Shown here in pieces: positions 42,001 to 51,975 of a stretch of 64,000 nt of DNA. Every line of letters starts with the position of its first letter. Positions within the stretch are counted from its first letter, which is position 1. The notes beneath the pieces were generated by a model that saw only the letters and a program-made list of their open reading frames with translations, did not search any database and had not been told where the DNA came from. This stretch comes from Mytilus californianus (lineage: Eukaryota): the NCBI RefSeq assembly GCF_021869535.1, contig NW_026262626.1, positions 36,890,001 to 36,954,000 of the forward strand. Direction: 5' to 3'. Made by a program: the position numbers and the translations under genes.

Positions 42001-45000
42001 GTAATACTATACTGAAATCAATGTAATTTCTATTCATTCTCGTTTTAACATGTATTTAATGAAGATAACTTGAAGTACTTTGTTTTGGTTTAAACTACTT
42101 ATCAATGGTAAGCATACTGTAGTAAGTATATTTCAGTATTGTATTTTCAGTGTATTTTTGAGCTGATACAGTATATAGTTCGGTCTGTTATTGTTATTTT
42201 ATTGTTTTTCAATACATTTTTATTTCTATTCTGAAAGACAGAATCTATTTTTCCTTCATTTTCAGATAAGAATTCCCCAAGCAACAAAAGTTCAAATATG
42301 TTCAGAACTCAGAAAAATGTCTTATCCCGATCTTTGTGAAAGCTTGGATAAGCTTGACATTGCCATCAGTTTTCTGAAATCGGTAGGACCCGAGAAACCA
42401 GACCACTTATTGAGTGATTTCATGACAAAGACTTTGAAGACAGAGAGGCCTTTTCCGAGCCAGAAGGTATGGATTCCCTCTTTAAATTAGTACTCTCGTC
42501 TCGTGTACATAACACGACAGATTTTAATATCATTTATATATTTCAACACAGGTGGATTGATTGATTGATTGCTTGTATGTGTTTAACGCCAATTCAAGCA
42601 CATTTGGCTATATAATGGTTGCCAAATTGTTGGAGGGTACCATAGTACCCAGAGAGAATCACCGACATTCTGCAAGAAAACTGGCAATACCATTCAATTA
42701 AGATCGGAATTGAACATAAAGCGGCGTTCGACCTCAGTGTGTACAGGCTAGTTAACTCTGTTGTTGAACTACTTAGACAACTCATCAACCGAGGTCCATA
42801 TTCTAGCAGCTAACGTTTCTTTAGGCTGGTCCTTTTCGTTAGGGCTTTTGGATCATTAATTTATAGCCTATTTGGGTTATTTAATCCATGGCTATGGTGT
42901 TATCTACATCTAGCTAATATTACCCCTTTAAAAAAAATGAAAACAACACGTTATAAATTTCATGCGTCCGAGGCACTTTTCTGGATTTACTTTCATCAGG
43001 AATGCTCAAAGCCGAATATTAAAAGCCCAGAATATATAATAACCTAAACAGTTGAAGAGTTATATAAATGGGGTTACCTTGCAATGATGGATTACGTTTT
43101 GTAATGTTCCAATCATGACTTTGATCTGAATAGCAGCAATACAACATTATTTTTTTGCTTTAGATTTTATCAATTATGTCAAGTATTTTGTTTCATTTAT
43201 TAATACGTCATATGTTTTGTTATTTATAATAGAACAAAGTAGGTATAGAACGTTTGGTGAATATTTATTGGTTTTGAAACCATGAGTGCAAATGTAATTT
43301 GAACATTAACCTAAAACTCTTTATACATTTAAAAAAAAACAATTCATACGGAATTGCCTGTACCAAGTCAGAAATTTAACATTTGTTTTCCATTCGTTTG
43401 ATGTGTTTTAGCTTTTGATTTTGCCATTTCTTAACGGACTTTCCGTTTTGAATTTTCCATGGAGATCGGTATTTTTGGCAATTTTACTTTTATTTTGTTG
43501 ATTCATTTATGCATATTTAAAATCTGTTGTTCGTCAATGTTGTTAATCGAAATATACGTTGTTATAATATAAAGCGAATAAACATCATTCCAGTGTCGAT
43601 AATTGGTTTTGAAGTTCAAATTAGAAAATAGTTGTTCAGATCAAATTTTGAAATTTGAAAGTGTGCATGTTTTATAAGTGTAATTGCTTATTCTTTCAGG
43701 CACAACAATCGATTACATGCAGTCAGACGATGTCTTGGTGGATGAATCTTGCATTAGAAAGAGCGAAAGCTTTACTTAGATACAAGCAGGTATAGACATT
43801 TTATCAAGTATAATTTCCGATATACATTTCACTTCATTTAAAAAAAAGCAGCACATTTTATAAATATTTGATTTGAATTTTATTGTTGTTTGTTTTATGT
43901 TTTGTTTTATTTTTTTAAAACGGTAAACTAATTTCAAAACATTGCAAATCAAAACTTTAAATAAACAAAACTCTAGTTGTTGAAAGTTGACCCCGCCATG
44001 TTGTTATTGTTAGCAGTACCATGATTTATTGATCTATTGATGTAATTGCTTTTTGGGGTGCCTTTTTGCCTGTCATGTTATTAATTTATTGATATCCTTG
44101 CGTTTTGGTTTCTGTTCTAGGTAAAACATACGTAACTGTTCGTAGCTAAATTTACATCATATACCAGATATTTATAATGTGTGTTTGTGATTGTTTGTGT
44201 GTTTGTATTCGAAAAAGTAATACATGTATATTGTTATTTCGTACAAGGAACCATTTGAAGGATTAGCTGATAAATTCAATGTACTCCTAACTGATGAACA
44301 GCAAACAATTGTAGATGAATTATTCAGTACTTTGCCAATCGAACCAACGGCAAACTTTATAGAACTGATGTTTGAGTTCATTATTTTGAGGATAGACATT
44401 CCAGAGGACCAAGAAAGTGAAGACTATATTGACATTTCCAACTCCAGGTAATTCTTTGATATTTTTGGTGCTTTAACTTATGCCACGTAATGTGCATGTA
44501 ATTCTTTAAATTTTTTACCGTTGCTGATTATTTTTTGTTAACATTGAAAACATATTTGGAATACACATCTATTCATCAGGATTTCAACTTGTTGGTATTT
44601 GATGAACCAGCAGATTGTTCATAGTACATTCCATGGACATTCCGCCTCCCTAATTAATCACATTTGAACTTGATTGGTTTTTGCCACTAAATACAAGAAA
44701 CAAGAACGATCTGCTATATGTACTTTATGCTATATATACCATCGTTAAATGAAAATATAGAAAAGGTAAGCAAATAAAACCAAGAAGGACCGTACACAGT
44801 TTTTTTTCTTACTCCTGGCTATTTACTATTAGATGAGCAATGTTATTGATACTTTTGACCTCCAGCAGGTAATTATGTCATATCGAAGTATCGACATTTG
44901 GTCTAAATGCGAACAAAAAAATTATACAGGAACAGAAAGGCTTTTTATCTGTGTTTTGTGGGATTCGTGTTGCTCCTCTTTATGTGAGGTATTTAGTGAA

Positions 45001-45779
45001 CTGTTGCTAGTCTTCTAAACGTTTTACAGCAATCTTTTTTTTTCTTTTTATCAAACAGGCTGTTCATCGCACAATTGAAACACGTTTCCTTTTAACGGGC
45101 AATAATTAAAGTTATCGTTTTGTTTTCAAAATATTTCTGTCATAAATGTTTCTTTTGTACTGTTAGCGGATTTCAACTTTAATCAGACTATGTAAACTGT
45201 TCTTCTATCGGTAAACTGTTCTTTGATAATCAATGTTTTATATTTCGGCAAAAAGTTCAAATCAATCATATAGAGTAAATCGTTTGAAAACCTGATGTCA
45301 GTACAGTAGTTGTGAGTTATAGTCCATAACATGTTCACTTGAATAGACGCATTTTTTACGAAATAGTTGATACAGCTTTTGCTTTTTGTCAGTGGTATGT
45401 TCATATGAGTAGACTGAGCTTAAGACAATTGGTGCCTACATCTTCAACGCATTGTAAAATGAATAATTGGAATACAATTTCATGTAAACATTACATCATT
45501 GTTATTTGATTAAGTTGTTTGAAACTTTCCAAGAATTTTTAAGTTCTTCTTCGTTTATGCACTGTCATATTATACTTTTAAACATCCAGCTTGCGTGACT
45601 ACTTAATGGGATTCCCTGATTCGCTACCATATCAGGACGATGTATTGGTTGACAGTAATATTGAAGCAGTCCTTGAAAGAATGCCAGCAGAGGACAACAA
45701 CATTACAGTTGGACATACAGTAGATTTCTGGAAATTTGTTAATACAATATTAGCTAACAAACAACAACAAAGAGTGTAA
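2754..45779 (+). CDS. RNF213: RNF213 (mysterin)-like E3 ubiquitin ligase, 3' part: 28 spliced exons, ~1,328 aa (RING, E3 core, RZ finger, C-terminal domain); 5' end outside window
   Basis: 28 AG/GT-bounded exons total 3,988 nt and join with matching phase at every junction to one stop (TAA 45777-45779). The translation is colinear with the human RNF213 C-terminus as recalled from memory: C3HC4 RING, FFMEIVSQLCF, DAIDPNPVVRSFLL, YYPSMPDD, CPQGH...C...CFC...IGG..H (RZ), KGHILG, IIRLLTHM, LRVLRFIPNII.LQ, LLPTYRDSGLC, DKDLLPMVLANCNY, SLRDYL. Confidence 0.95.
4687..4787 (+). CDS. RNF213: RNF213-like exon 2 (KLGEDADMKELISLEKVESHLKKQNAEVLKKCFG)
   Basis: gattttag / gtaaga; phase 0 to 2; not in the ORF track (too short). 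Confidence 0.9.
4940..5057 (-). mobile_element. Fragment of a second tRNA-derived SINE head
   Basis: Reverse complement has the A-box-like TGTCGAGTGGTCTAAAGCG and the B-box-like GACTTCAAATCCC. Confidence 0.55.
5578..5754 (+). CDS. RNF213: RNF213-like exon 3, C3HC4 RING domain
   Basis: tttgcag / gtatta; CINC-x12-CNH-x2-CKKC-x10-CTHC; phase 2 to 2. Confidence 0.95.
6641..6943 (+). mobile_element. Decayed Penelope-like element reverse-transcriptase fragment
   Basis: Translates NCAPLLVDLFLFSYESEFLQSL, then QLIRYSRACSVYSYLEKRHQRMNRVLMNQGYIKERL (PLE RT and thumb motifs). The intervening YxDD region is missing. Confidence 0.75.
8066..8323 (+). CDS. RNF213: RNF213-like exon 4 (post-RING helices)
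   Basis: tttgtttag / gttggc; FRERCNGFFMEIVSQLCF...DPNPVVRSFLLQEIMQT; phase 2 to 2. Confidence 0.95.
8375..8540 (+). repeat. Dispersed repeat family A (AGAAGATGTGGTATG...GAGACAACTCTCCA), representative copy
   Basis: Related copies at about 1752-2043(-), 9595-9932(-), 23095-23258(-), 35795-35920, 37700-38060(-), 39194-39335, 39495-39625, 47435-47590 and 60805-61140. Confidence 0.85.
8747..9011 (+). mobile_element. tRNA-derived SINE (bivalve V-domain-like core), young copy
   Basis: A box TGGCCGAGTGG, B box GAGTTCGAACC, core GGTTTTCTCCGGGCACTCCGGCTTCCTCCACCAAT, AAATC-type tail; 8-bp TSD AGACTCCC at 8739-8746 and 9012-9019. Confidence 0.9.
10051..10171 (+). CDS. RNF213: RNF213-like exon 5 (GSDIKSYLSKYFDDNTQLLQTSVGSTESIELCLLILQCME)
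   Basis: tttcttgcag / gtttgt; phase 2 to 0. Confidence 0.9.
11343..11626 (+). CDS. RNF213: RNF213-like exon 6
   Basis: ttattttcag / gtgact; DSIQQQ...LEKIECIAKAKYSL...SGSQWP; phase 0 to 2. Confidence 0.92.
12243..12354 (+). CDS. RNF213: RNF213-like exon 7 (KYFVRVLCRSYGTDVYQAVLAKSDREYLRWVILPDLN)
   Basis: ttatttatag / gtaagt; phase 2 to 0. Confidence 0.92.
12849..12962 (+). CDS. RNF213: RNF213-like exon 8 (VMECYDRYIVNEDYTDIRLAVADSVINQKDTQLTEVFH)
   Basis: atcaacag / gtatgt; DRY motif; phase 0 to 0. Confidence 0.9.
14343..14468 (+). CDS. RNF213: RNF213-like exon 9
   Basis: ctttgcacag / gtattt; NINLLLALHREIT; phase 0 to 0. Confidence 0.9.
15135..15188 (+). CDS. RNF213: RNF213-like exon 10 (ENEFITDYLQTRSFLPRE)
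   Basis: ctactttttag / gtaata; 54 nt, phase 0 to 0. Confidence 0.82.
15787..15987 (+). CDS. RNF213: RNF213-like exon 11
   Basis: ctttggcag-type acceptor / gtacgc; LLTHYMV...LLMPLKNIAL; phase 0 to 0. Confidence 0.92.
16838..16961 (+). CDS. RNF213: RNF213-like exon 12 (DSYYPSMPDD...DVPTIY), RZ-finger lead-in
   Basis: ctccattag / gtgagt; MPDD motif; phase 0 to 1. Confidence 0.93.
17734..17999 (-). mobile_element. Same SINE family, reverse orientation, young copy
   Basis: Reverse complement closely matches 8747-9011; 12-bp TSD ATGAAATATCGA at 17722-17733 and 18000-18011. Confidence 0.9.
18305..18588. mobile_element. MITE with TTAA target duplication and GG...CC termini (Kolobok-like)
   Basis: TTAA|GGTGGTACCTAACAC ... 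GTGTTGGGTACTACTAGTACC|TTAA. Confidence 0.7.
20914..20948 (+). CDS. RNF213: RNF213-like exon 13, 35-nt microexon, RZ finger first half (KCPQGHPYTIGD)
   Basis: attttctag / gtaagt; phase 1 to 0; supplies the C-x3-H Zn ligands. Confidence 0.93.
21493..21750 (+). repeat. Dispersed repeat family B (AAATTGAGAATGGAAATG...GACAACAACCCGACC), representative copy
   Basis: Related copies at about 4030-4170, 5088-5400 and 40977-41250. Confidence 0.85.
22768..22862 (+). CDS. RNF213: RNF213-like exon 14, RZ finger second half (CGKAYFEYTCFCGEKIGGKSHILLTTNKQAS)
   Basis: ctattattag / gtaaat; phase 0 to 2; CG...CxC...IGG..H. Confidence 0.93.
24264..24420 (+). CDS. RNF213: RNF213-like exon 15
   Basis: ctatatag / gtataa; KGHILG...IIRLLTHMSM; phase 2 to 0. 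Confidence 0.93.
25273..25462 (+). CDS. RNF213: RNF213-like exon 16
   Basis: cttatttgcag / gtgaac; FLLEHINLDIESLHQILGKGKDD; phase 0 to 1. Confidence 0.92.
26022..27731. mobile_element. Non-autonomous TGT...ACA DNA transposon (Ginger1-like) filled with a ~166-bp tandem array
   Basis: Left flank CTGG|TGTC, right end ...CATATGACA|CCGG. The right end (about 27570-27731) carries subrepeats that are the reverse complement of the array motif CCATGGTATTTTGACCCC. Confidence 0.65.
26041..27530 (+). repeat. Minisatellite/satellite, ~9 units of 164-173 bp (one 110-bp partial unit)
   Basis: TGCCATGGTATATTGAACC-type unit starts at 26041, 26207, 26374, 26484, 26650, 26815, 26988, 27155, 27324 and 27488. 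Confidence 0.95.
28005..28157 (+). repeat. Dispersed repeat family C (AAAATACTGAACTCCGAGGAAAATTCAAAA...CCTGACTTGGTACAGGC), representative copy
   Basis: Related copies at about 10478-10625(-), 25585-25800, 33452-33622(-) and 43350-43490(-). Confidence 0.85.
28272..28372 (+). CDS. RNF213: RNF213-like exon 17
   Basis: aatttcag / gtaatg; LSTEKSRCEWEDLF...PVLQ; phase 1 to 0. Confidence 0.92.
28922..28968. repeat. (TA)n microsatellite
   Basis: Perfect TA run of about 23 units. Confidence 0.98.
29002..29515. mobile_element. MITE with ~115-135-bp TIRs and TA target duplication (Tc1/mariner-like)
   Basis: TA|TAGTTTAAAAATAAAAAA...(29002-29135) is inverted at 29403-29515 (...TTTAAACTA|TA); the left arm has a ~19-bp extra segment. 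Confidence 0.85.
29642..29685 (+). ncRNA. Minimal type I hammerhead ribozyme motif, near-intact, sense to the RNF213-like pre-mRNA
   Basis: Stem I ACATCA/TGGTGT; core CTGAAGA; stem II (A)ACA-TTAAT-TGT(C); GAAA; stem III T-CCGG-A; cleavage triplet ATA (cut after 29679). One defect: A10.1-C11.1 mismatch. Confidence 0.7.
29990..30058. repeat. (TA)n microsatellite
   Basis: Perfect TA run of about 34 units. Confidence 0.98.
31376..31433 (+). CDS. RNF213: RNF213-like exon 18 (NIENVLQKCNDKIAGDKRMG)
   Basis: taatttaag / gtaata; phase 0 to 1; DKR motif. Confidence 0.85.
31694..31878 (+). CDS. RNF213: RNF213-like exon 19
   Basis: attgtttag / gtacga; PEVWRFRSWISIDHL...CPLLHLFLME; phase 1 to 0. Confidence 0.92.
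33741..33882 (+). CDS. RNF213: RNF213-like exon 20 (DHHLRVLRFIPNIIRLQKMLMQKYSRKLDRAEG...)
   Basis: ctgcttttag / gttatc; phase 0 to 1. Confidence 0.92.
34392..34758. mobile_element. MITE with 18-bp TIRs (Kolobok-like)
   Basis: AGGGCAAACGATACAGTT / AACTGTATCGTATGCCCT (1 mismatch); TTAA on the left only. Confidence 0.65.
36015..36098 (+). CDS. RNF213: RNF213-like exon 21 (DGKLEEFKTLLQSYTEAWEAVRQSLETY)
   Basis: tttttatcag / gtatgt; phase 1 to 1. Confidence 0.92.
36786..36978 (+). CDS. RNF213: RNF213-like exon 22
   Basis: aatttcag / gtaagt; YLLPTYRDSGLC...LLEKQN; phase 1 to 2. Confidence 0.93.
38013..39839. repeat. Intronic inverted duplication, ~205-bp arms (38013-38220 / 39632-39839)
   Basis: Arms are near-identical reverse complements (about 7-10 differences by eye). 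Confidence 0.9.
39916..40135 (+). CDS. RNF213: RNF213-like exon 23
   Basis: cttctgtag / gtaaga; HLISYHPDKDLLPMVLANCNYSFEVG...LERQVMDRFL; phase 2 to 0. Confidence 0.94.
40820..40894 (+). CDS. RNF213: RNF213-like exon 24 (IEMFTYRAEYTNGVVLESLSERIDQ)
   Basis: aattttgtag / gtatgt; phase 0 to 0. Confidence 0.9.
42266..42466 (+). CDS. RNF213: RNF213-like exon 25
   Basis: cattttcag / gtatgg; LDIAISFLKSVG; phase 0 to 0. Confidence 0.93.
42557..42798 (-). mobile_element. Diverged SINE copy
   Basis: (ATTG)n tail and decayed core/head similar to 17734-17999. Confidence 0.7.
43700..43789 (+). CDS. RNF213: RNF213-like exon 26 (AQQSITCSQTMSWWMNLALERAKALLRYKQ)
   Basis: ttctttcag / gtatag; phase 0 to 0. 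Confidence 0.9.
44248..44447 (+). CDS. RNF213: RNF213-like exon 27
   Basis: atttcgtacaag / gtaatt; EPFEGLADKF...; phase 0 to 2. Confidence 0.9.
45590..45779 (+). CDS. RNF213: RNF213-like last coding exon 28 with stop
   Basis: aacatccag acceptor; (S)LRDYL...VDFWKFVNTILANKQQQRV*. Confidence 0.92.
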
Positions 45780-45906
45780 TCTGCGATTGTTCAAATCGAG
45801 AGGAAAAACTGATTGTGAAAATTATCAATATACTTATATTTTAGTGTTAAACAAGATGTAGATATACACAATTATTTATTAAAGCAGACATTTCTTATCT
45901 GTTTAA

Positions 45907-45912
45907 AATAAA
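45907..45912 (+). terminator. Candidate polyadenylation signal (AATAAA) for the RNF213-like gene
   Basis: First AATAAA noticed, about 130 nt after the stop; the hexamer is common in this AT-rich DNA. Confidence 0.35.
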
Positions 45913-48900
45913 TATAAAAATATATGACACTTGTGATTGATTAGTAATTGTATAAGCCACATATATTGATTAGTTTTAACTTAGATATAATATTGGTTGA
46001 TTTGGTATACCAATATGTAAATTTTTGTATGTTTGCTTTTTTCAATTTATAGAGTAACAAAGATGTGTTTTTATTTATACGTTTTTCTTTTTCTTTGCAT
46101 ATATACATGTATTTTTGTTGCTGTATAATCAAATATCCGGTTACATATATTTTTTTATAGAATGATACACGAATTAAGATTTTATTTCGATATTGTGATA
46201 TTTGAATTGTCGCGAATGTTCAATAGTAATAATCTCTTATGTTGACTGACTACTAATTACGATATAACATACAATTGTTTTTAAAATTTCAATACATATG
46301 AGACAGTACAAAATTAAATTGGCTTTTCACTTACACATATAGTATTTTTTATGGCTGTCAGCAACATAACAAATGAATATGGAAATGTATAAATTAACAT
46401 TTTGTTTTCACAAAATGGATATTTTTTATCAATAAAAGATATATAAAACAGATCCAAATTATCCTAGTCCTGTTTGAAGAGGAACGGTATGCATTTCTAT
46501 TTAATAACAAGAGATGTACTGTTTGCAACCTAAAACATATGGTGTGTTCGATTATTAACTATTCTTTTTTAACAGAAATTACTAATAGGTATTTTATATC
46601 GATTTTATGCAATTTTCAAACTATTTAATTGGAGCTTGTCTGATAAGAACGATATTTTCAATATAAATGAAAAGAGTAAAATATTGCATACCAAATTTGA
46701 CTGATAAATCCTAAAACAGATACTGATGATGGTTGCCTGAAACATTGTTGTGCAATGTTGTATTTTTGTTTTAGATCATTTCATATTAATATTATTCTAT
46801 ATATAACATATTTATTCAAGAATCTAAATACTAGACAATATGAAATTATATGTATTCCACAATTAATCTATTTTGATAAGTATTCTGATATACAGTTCAC
46901 TATTCATCAATACAGGTTGGAATAGTTGTATTTTGGCTTTTGAATAGTGAAAAGATTTAATATATTATCCTTAAATTGATAACCGGAACGTATCAATATA
47001 TTGAAATAAAAATAATAAAATTATGATATTTGCTTTTATATAGTTACACATTAGATAGATTAAAAAAAAAGTATTCTTTCTTTTATATAATTAGAACTTT
47101 TTATCAATTTCCATGTGTTTTAAGTGTGTGCAGTTATGTTTGATTTTAACATTTTATCAGTAAATAAACCTATATATTGCTTTCTTTAGTGTTATCCTTA
47201 TCAAAACAAATGAAACGCACCACGTATGATTCTGTTGAAAACAATGAGTAGTAAAGACTGAGCATCATATTTTGAAAATGTATACCGACTCGCCCATTAT
47301 TAAAAAGCACACATACCATTTTAGAGCAAGTGTCAATCCGTATCATCACTTTGCGAGTATCGTTGATCAATGTCCTTCCGCTGACTTTTACCTGTCCATT
47401 TTGACCAAAGTTGTCAAGATAAAAATAAGTAGATATCGCATGATTGCCAATGAGACAACTATCCACCAACGTTCAAATGAAGTGGATGTAAGCAATTATA
47501 TGCAACGGTACGGTCTTCGACAATGAGAAAAACCCATACCGTAAAGTCGGCTATAAAAGGCCTGACATGAAAAATATGAAACAGTCGGCTTTTGCTCTAT
47601 AATGACAATTCTTTCTAATAATATTCAAAACTCTGATAAGCCAACAAGACAAAATATATTATCCAATTACGTTTGCATGTGCCTGTCAACAGTCTAAAAC
47701 CGCGTCAGTAGTTTTTGTAAGTCACATCTTTCGTTATTCGGAGAATAGGGTGTTAATGGTTAATCATTTATTGTTTCTGTCAATTTCATAATCAGCTGAC
47801 TCTTTATTACAGCTAATGCCAATAAATGACAATTTTTGGTTTGGTTTTCAAATTGTTTGTTGCGAGTGCCACTAATGAGATCTTGTGTAGGCTACACACG
47901 AGTCTGTCGTACAAAGTTATGAGTGTGTTTACTCATTTTTGTGTTTCGGCTATAACTTTGAAACCTATAAGAAATAGAAAAAACATTTTATCAGCAAAAA
48001 AGGATCAACTAGACAAAATTTTGGAATTTTAAGTCAAATCAACATAACAGAAATCATATGTCGACTAATTATACAAGTTATTTGTATGACAGGGTGATAC
48101 CTTAATTCTTGAAAACTATAAAAGATGGACGGAAACTGGTTAAAGACAAACATACTCAGCACGACAAGATCTACTATTAAGTAAATATGATTGAAATCGT
48201 CAATCGACTCCTCTTATAATCGTACAGTTCTGGCTCATATAATACAGTCGGTAACTTCTTGATTAAATAAGAAAACATATTTAACTTTTCCATAATAGAA
48301 CTTTTACAATTGTACACAATATAACACCACTAACGCTATGCTGACACCAATCTCTATATTCTTAAAGATTAGAAGTATTCTTTTTCCGAAACCGGATTTT
48401 AGATTTCTTGACTTCTTTAACCCTACAATCATGCATGTTTCTGTCAATTAGCTTCCTAATTTATTTCATGACAAAATGTAAATGAAACACATAATCTTGG
48501 TTACAATTATATAAAGAGATTTGATTATAAAAGGTATAAATTTCTTAACATTGACTATGCATTAACCATTTTGGAAAAACAATATACAATCATTTAAAGT
48601 TTCTATTCAGTTTCAACTGTCAATTAAGATGGCAACAGTGAGGCTTTTATATATTCTTGCATTAATGGTACTCGGGCGGATCTATACTTTTTTGCAGATT
48701 ATGTTGCCAACCAAAGTGAGAAATGTCCAACACTGTGGAACATAATAAAACTATTCGAAAAATACATACCTATACGGCCTCTCCGAAACTATCTCTCACA
48801 TCAAAACAGAATACTGCACTTGTTTTGATTTTTTGCTGTCTATACAAAAAAAAAAAAAGATCGTCACCACTAAGTACCTGAGATTAATCCCAGTTTATGG

Positions 48901-49572
48901 CCCATGGTAGTGTTCGTGTTTCTTAGTCGTTAGCCTTTTTATATAGTGTTTTTGTATACGGTTGATTGTCCGTTTTTTTTTGTCATGATATTGTCAGTTC
49001 GCTTTCGAGTTTGATTATTCCTTTTGGGAACATGAACTAACATAAAATCATGATGAAATCCGTACAGATTGCTTCTTTACCAACGCGGACTTGAATAACT
49101 TGACCATATATTGAAAAAATGACACTATGTTAATTTTTATTTTTTGCTACAAATCTAAAACAAAGATGGCTGTCACCATAGAATCTTTTTAGAGAGATAT
49201 AGAAAAAGCTTAGAAAACATCCATACTTTGATCAATGTTTGTGGCCATCTTAAATGAGTAGAGCCAATAATTCCAATAAATGGCCTTGTAAAGGTATATT
49301 TGAAAACTTCAAATGATTCAGTAAATCTCCTCAAGCCTTTCCAGTTTGACAGTTAGACCGTGTAAATATACAGTTATATTTGCATATTAAAAGTTATAAG
49401 GTTAATTACAATGCTGCCGGCTAATATGACGCACCTAAGACTTGGAGAATCACTAGACTCCTAATAGTTTCAGCATATTCAGGGTGGAATCAGAATAAAT
49501 ATTATATCTTATAAAAATTATATTTTGATAAAGAGAGTTGTAATGGGGTCATGAGCACGGATTACCGGGAAA

Positions 49573-50901
49573 TTAATCGCCAAGATTCTAGAAAAGTCTC
49601 AATCTTCTCTTCTTGAAAAAGGAAATACGAAAGAAAACCATTGGCGAAGTTTCTGACACGTGACAAGCGATTGAACATGTGGTAGAGTTAATCTAGTTCT
49701 TTGAAGAATCAGACCTCCCATCTTATCTCAAGTACAAAACCAACAAACAAAAAATAAGATTGTTCAGTATGTCATAATGATGCAAAAACACCAGAATAAG
49801 TATTTATTATCAATATACGTTATAGTCCCATGGGTCAAGGCTATGGAATTAATTGTTAGTCAGGAAGGTGGAATTGTTCCTTATCGTCATGTGTAAAAGA
49901 AGTAGTACCTACATTTCGGAACATACAATCTACCATTTATGTCGCGTTGACATGCATCCAAAATTTAAAGATTAACGATGAAATGTATTATAATCAACCT
50001 TGAACATAAATATTGTACTTTATTTGAACCAAACGATAATCGACAAATCCGATACGATAAAGACAAAATTGACAAGAAACAATAAAATCATGTTACGTTT
50101 ACCGTTCTAACGGTAGAGAGCGAAAAGGTCGTTTAAACCTATGACGAGAAAGACTTTCGCAACTTTATGAATATCAAAATGCGACGTGCCCTTGACCCAT
50201 TTGCAGTCGATCAGCTTAATATTCTTATTTAATGTGAGTTAGAATAGAATGCCATTAAGACTGTTAAAGATCATTTGACAGTAAAATTGCGGCAATGTAA
50301 AATATAGCAATATATACAGTTTGAAAGTATCAGAAACAAATAACAACGGCTACGGGACATACCATTTTTACTCAGCTTGCCATATGCAGTCACATTTTTC
50401 ACTTGTGCTAATTGATCATACTAGTATATTTACCTAACTGAGGATGGAATGGGTAACTTGTTATATCGGTAACAATACAAATGTGAAATGACAATAAACA
50501 TAAGATTTGTTTAATGCTAACAATAATAAAAAGGCACTCTAGGGCGTTTTACACCTGACGATAAGGAACAATACCACCCTCCTGACTATCAATTAATTCC
50601 ATGACCTCTACCCAAATGAGCTCTGTCAAATTTCTTTTGAGATAATAGCGTATATTGATAATAAATACGTTATTCTGGTGTTTTTGCATCATCATGACAT
50701 ACTGAAAAAACTTATTTTTTGTTTGTTGGTTTTGTACTTGAGATAAGATGGGGAGGGCTGATTCTTCAAAGAACTAGATTGATTAACTCTACCACATGTT
50801 CAATCGCTTGTCACGTGTCAGGAACTTCGCCAATGGTTTTCTTACGTATTTCTTTTGTCAAGAAGAGAAGATTGAGACTTTTCTACAATCTTGGCGATTA
50901 A
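49573..50901. repeat. Foldback structure: ~250-bp inverted arms (49573-49823 / 50645-50901)
   Basis: The arms are reverse complements with scattered mismatches, bounded by TTAATCGCC / GGCGATTAA. Confidence 0.85.
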
Positions 50902-51825
50902 AAACTTTCCATATTGTTTACACTTGACCATGTGTTGACATCTGGGTGTCTTTGTCTTTTTGAGTTTTGAGTTTGCTGTTTTATTAACGTATATTATACC
51001 TCACAATGGCCAACGTTTCCTTTGATTTATGTTATGGTTGACTGAATTCGCAACTATCTGGGAATTTGACAACTCCTATGGACACTGTGCAGATGTATAG
51101 GTGTATGTTCTCCAGAATCTGTTCAACCGTTCTAGCACAAGTAATGCCACTCAAAATAATCCCAGAAAGCCCCAAATGTCCCCAACATAAATCCGGATTC
51201 AAGTGTAATATTTTTTTAATGTGAAAATGCAAATTTCTGAAATTTGAATTTTCCTAAAACTGAATTTGGAGAACACACCGGTGATACTAAAAGCTTATCA
51301 CATAATGTATGGCTCTAATGCTGCCTCGTAATTGAACAGTATCAGGACGGACGTATGTCTGAAATGAAATATCAACGATAGTTGTAGAGGCATTCTATGG
51401 ATAATACAAGGTTACTGCACTGCATTACTAATATTATTCTACAACTATTTTACAAAGTGTTGTAGTTTTTGTAGTTCAAAACTTTAAGATGACAAGAACA
51501 ACGCTTTATGAGCGTTATACATAACATGCACAATAATAGTTTGGTTATACGTTCTAAATAATAGTCTTCATTTCATTAGGTTGAGGAATTTGAATTATAA
51601 AAAATCACAAAAAAAATAATAAAAATCCTAAATGAAGGCAACGTGTGCAATTTATTGGACTAATAAAATGGCAAATGGCCAATCTCACCAAGCAAATCAT
51701 TTGTCTAAATGAATGTCCAAATCAAGTGCATGAACTGTTGTTCAAGCTACCTAAACTAGGAGGGGTAAATGTTGATATTGCATAGCCATTTGCAGTAATA
51801 TGTAAGTTAAGATAAACTTCAACCA

Positions 51826-51975
51826 ATGCTAAATGTTATTCATATTTGGTGTACACGATGGAGGTTTAAATTCAGTCTAAGTCCATACATTTTCGTAAAG
51901 GACGTAAAAATCAGAGTGAGCGTGACAATCGGAAATCATGCAATAGAAATAGTGGACAGTTATAAATACGTTGGT
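51826..51975 (+). mobile_element. Decayed LINE reverse-transcriptase C-terminal fragment
   Basis: MLNVIHIWCTRWRFKF...IGNHAIEIVDSYKYVG resembles the W..KW.L...YKYLG segment of non-LTR RTs. Confidence 0.65.

Noticed and set aside
51037-51190. Relatively GC-rich stretch with a ~50-codon frame broken by one TAG
   Set aside because: No recognisable homology or splice context; cannot be supported without a search.
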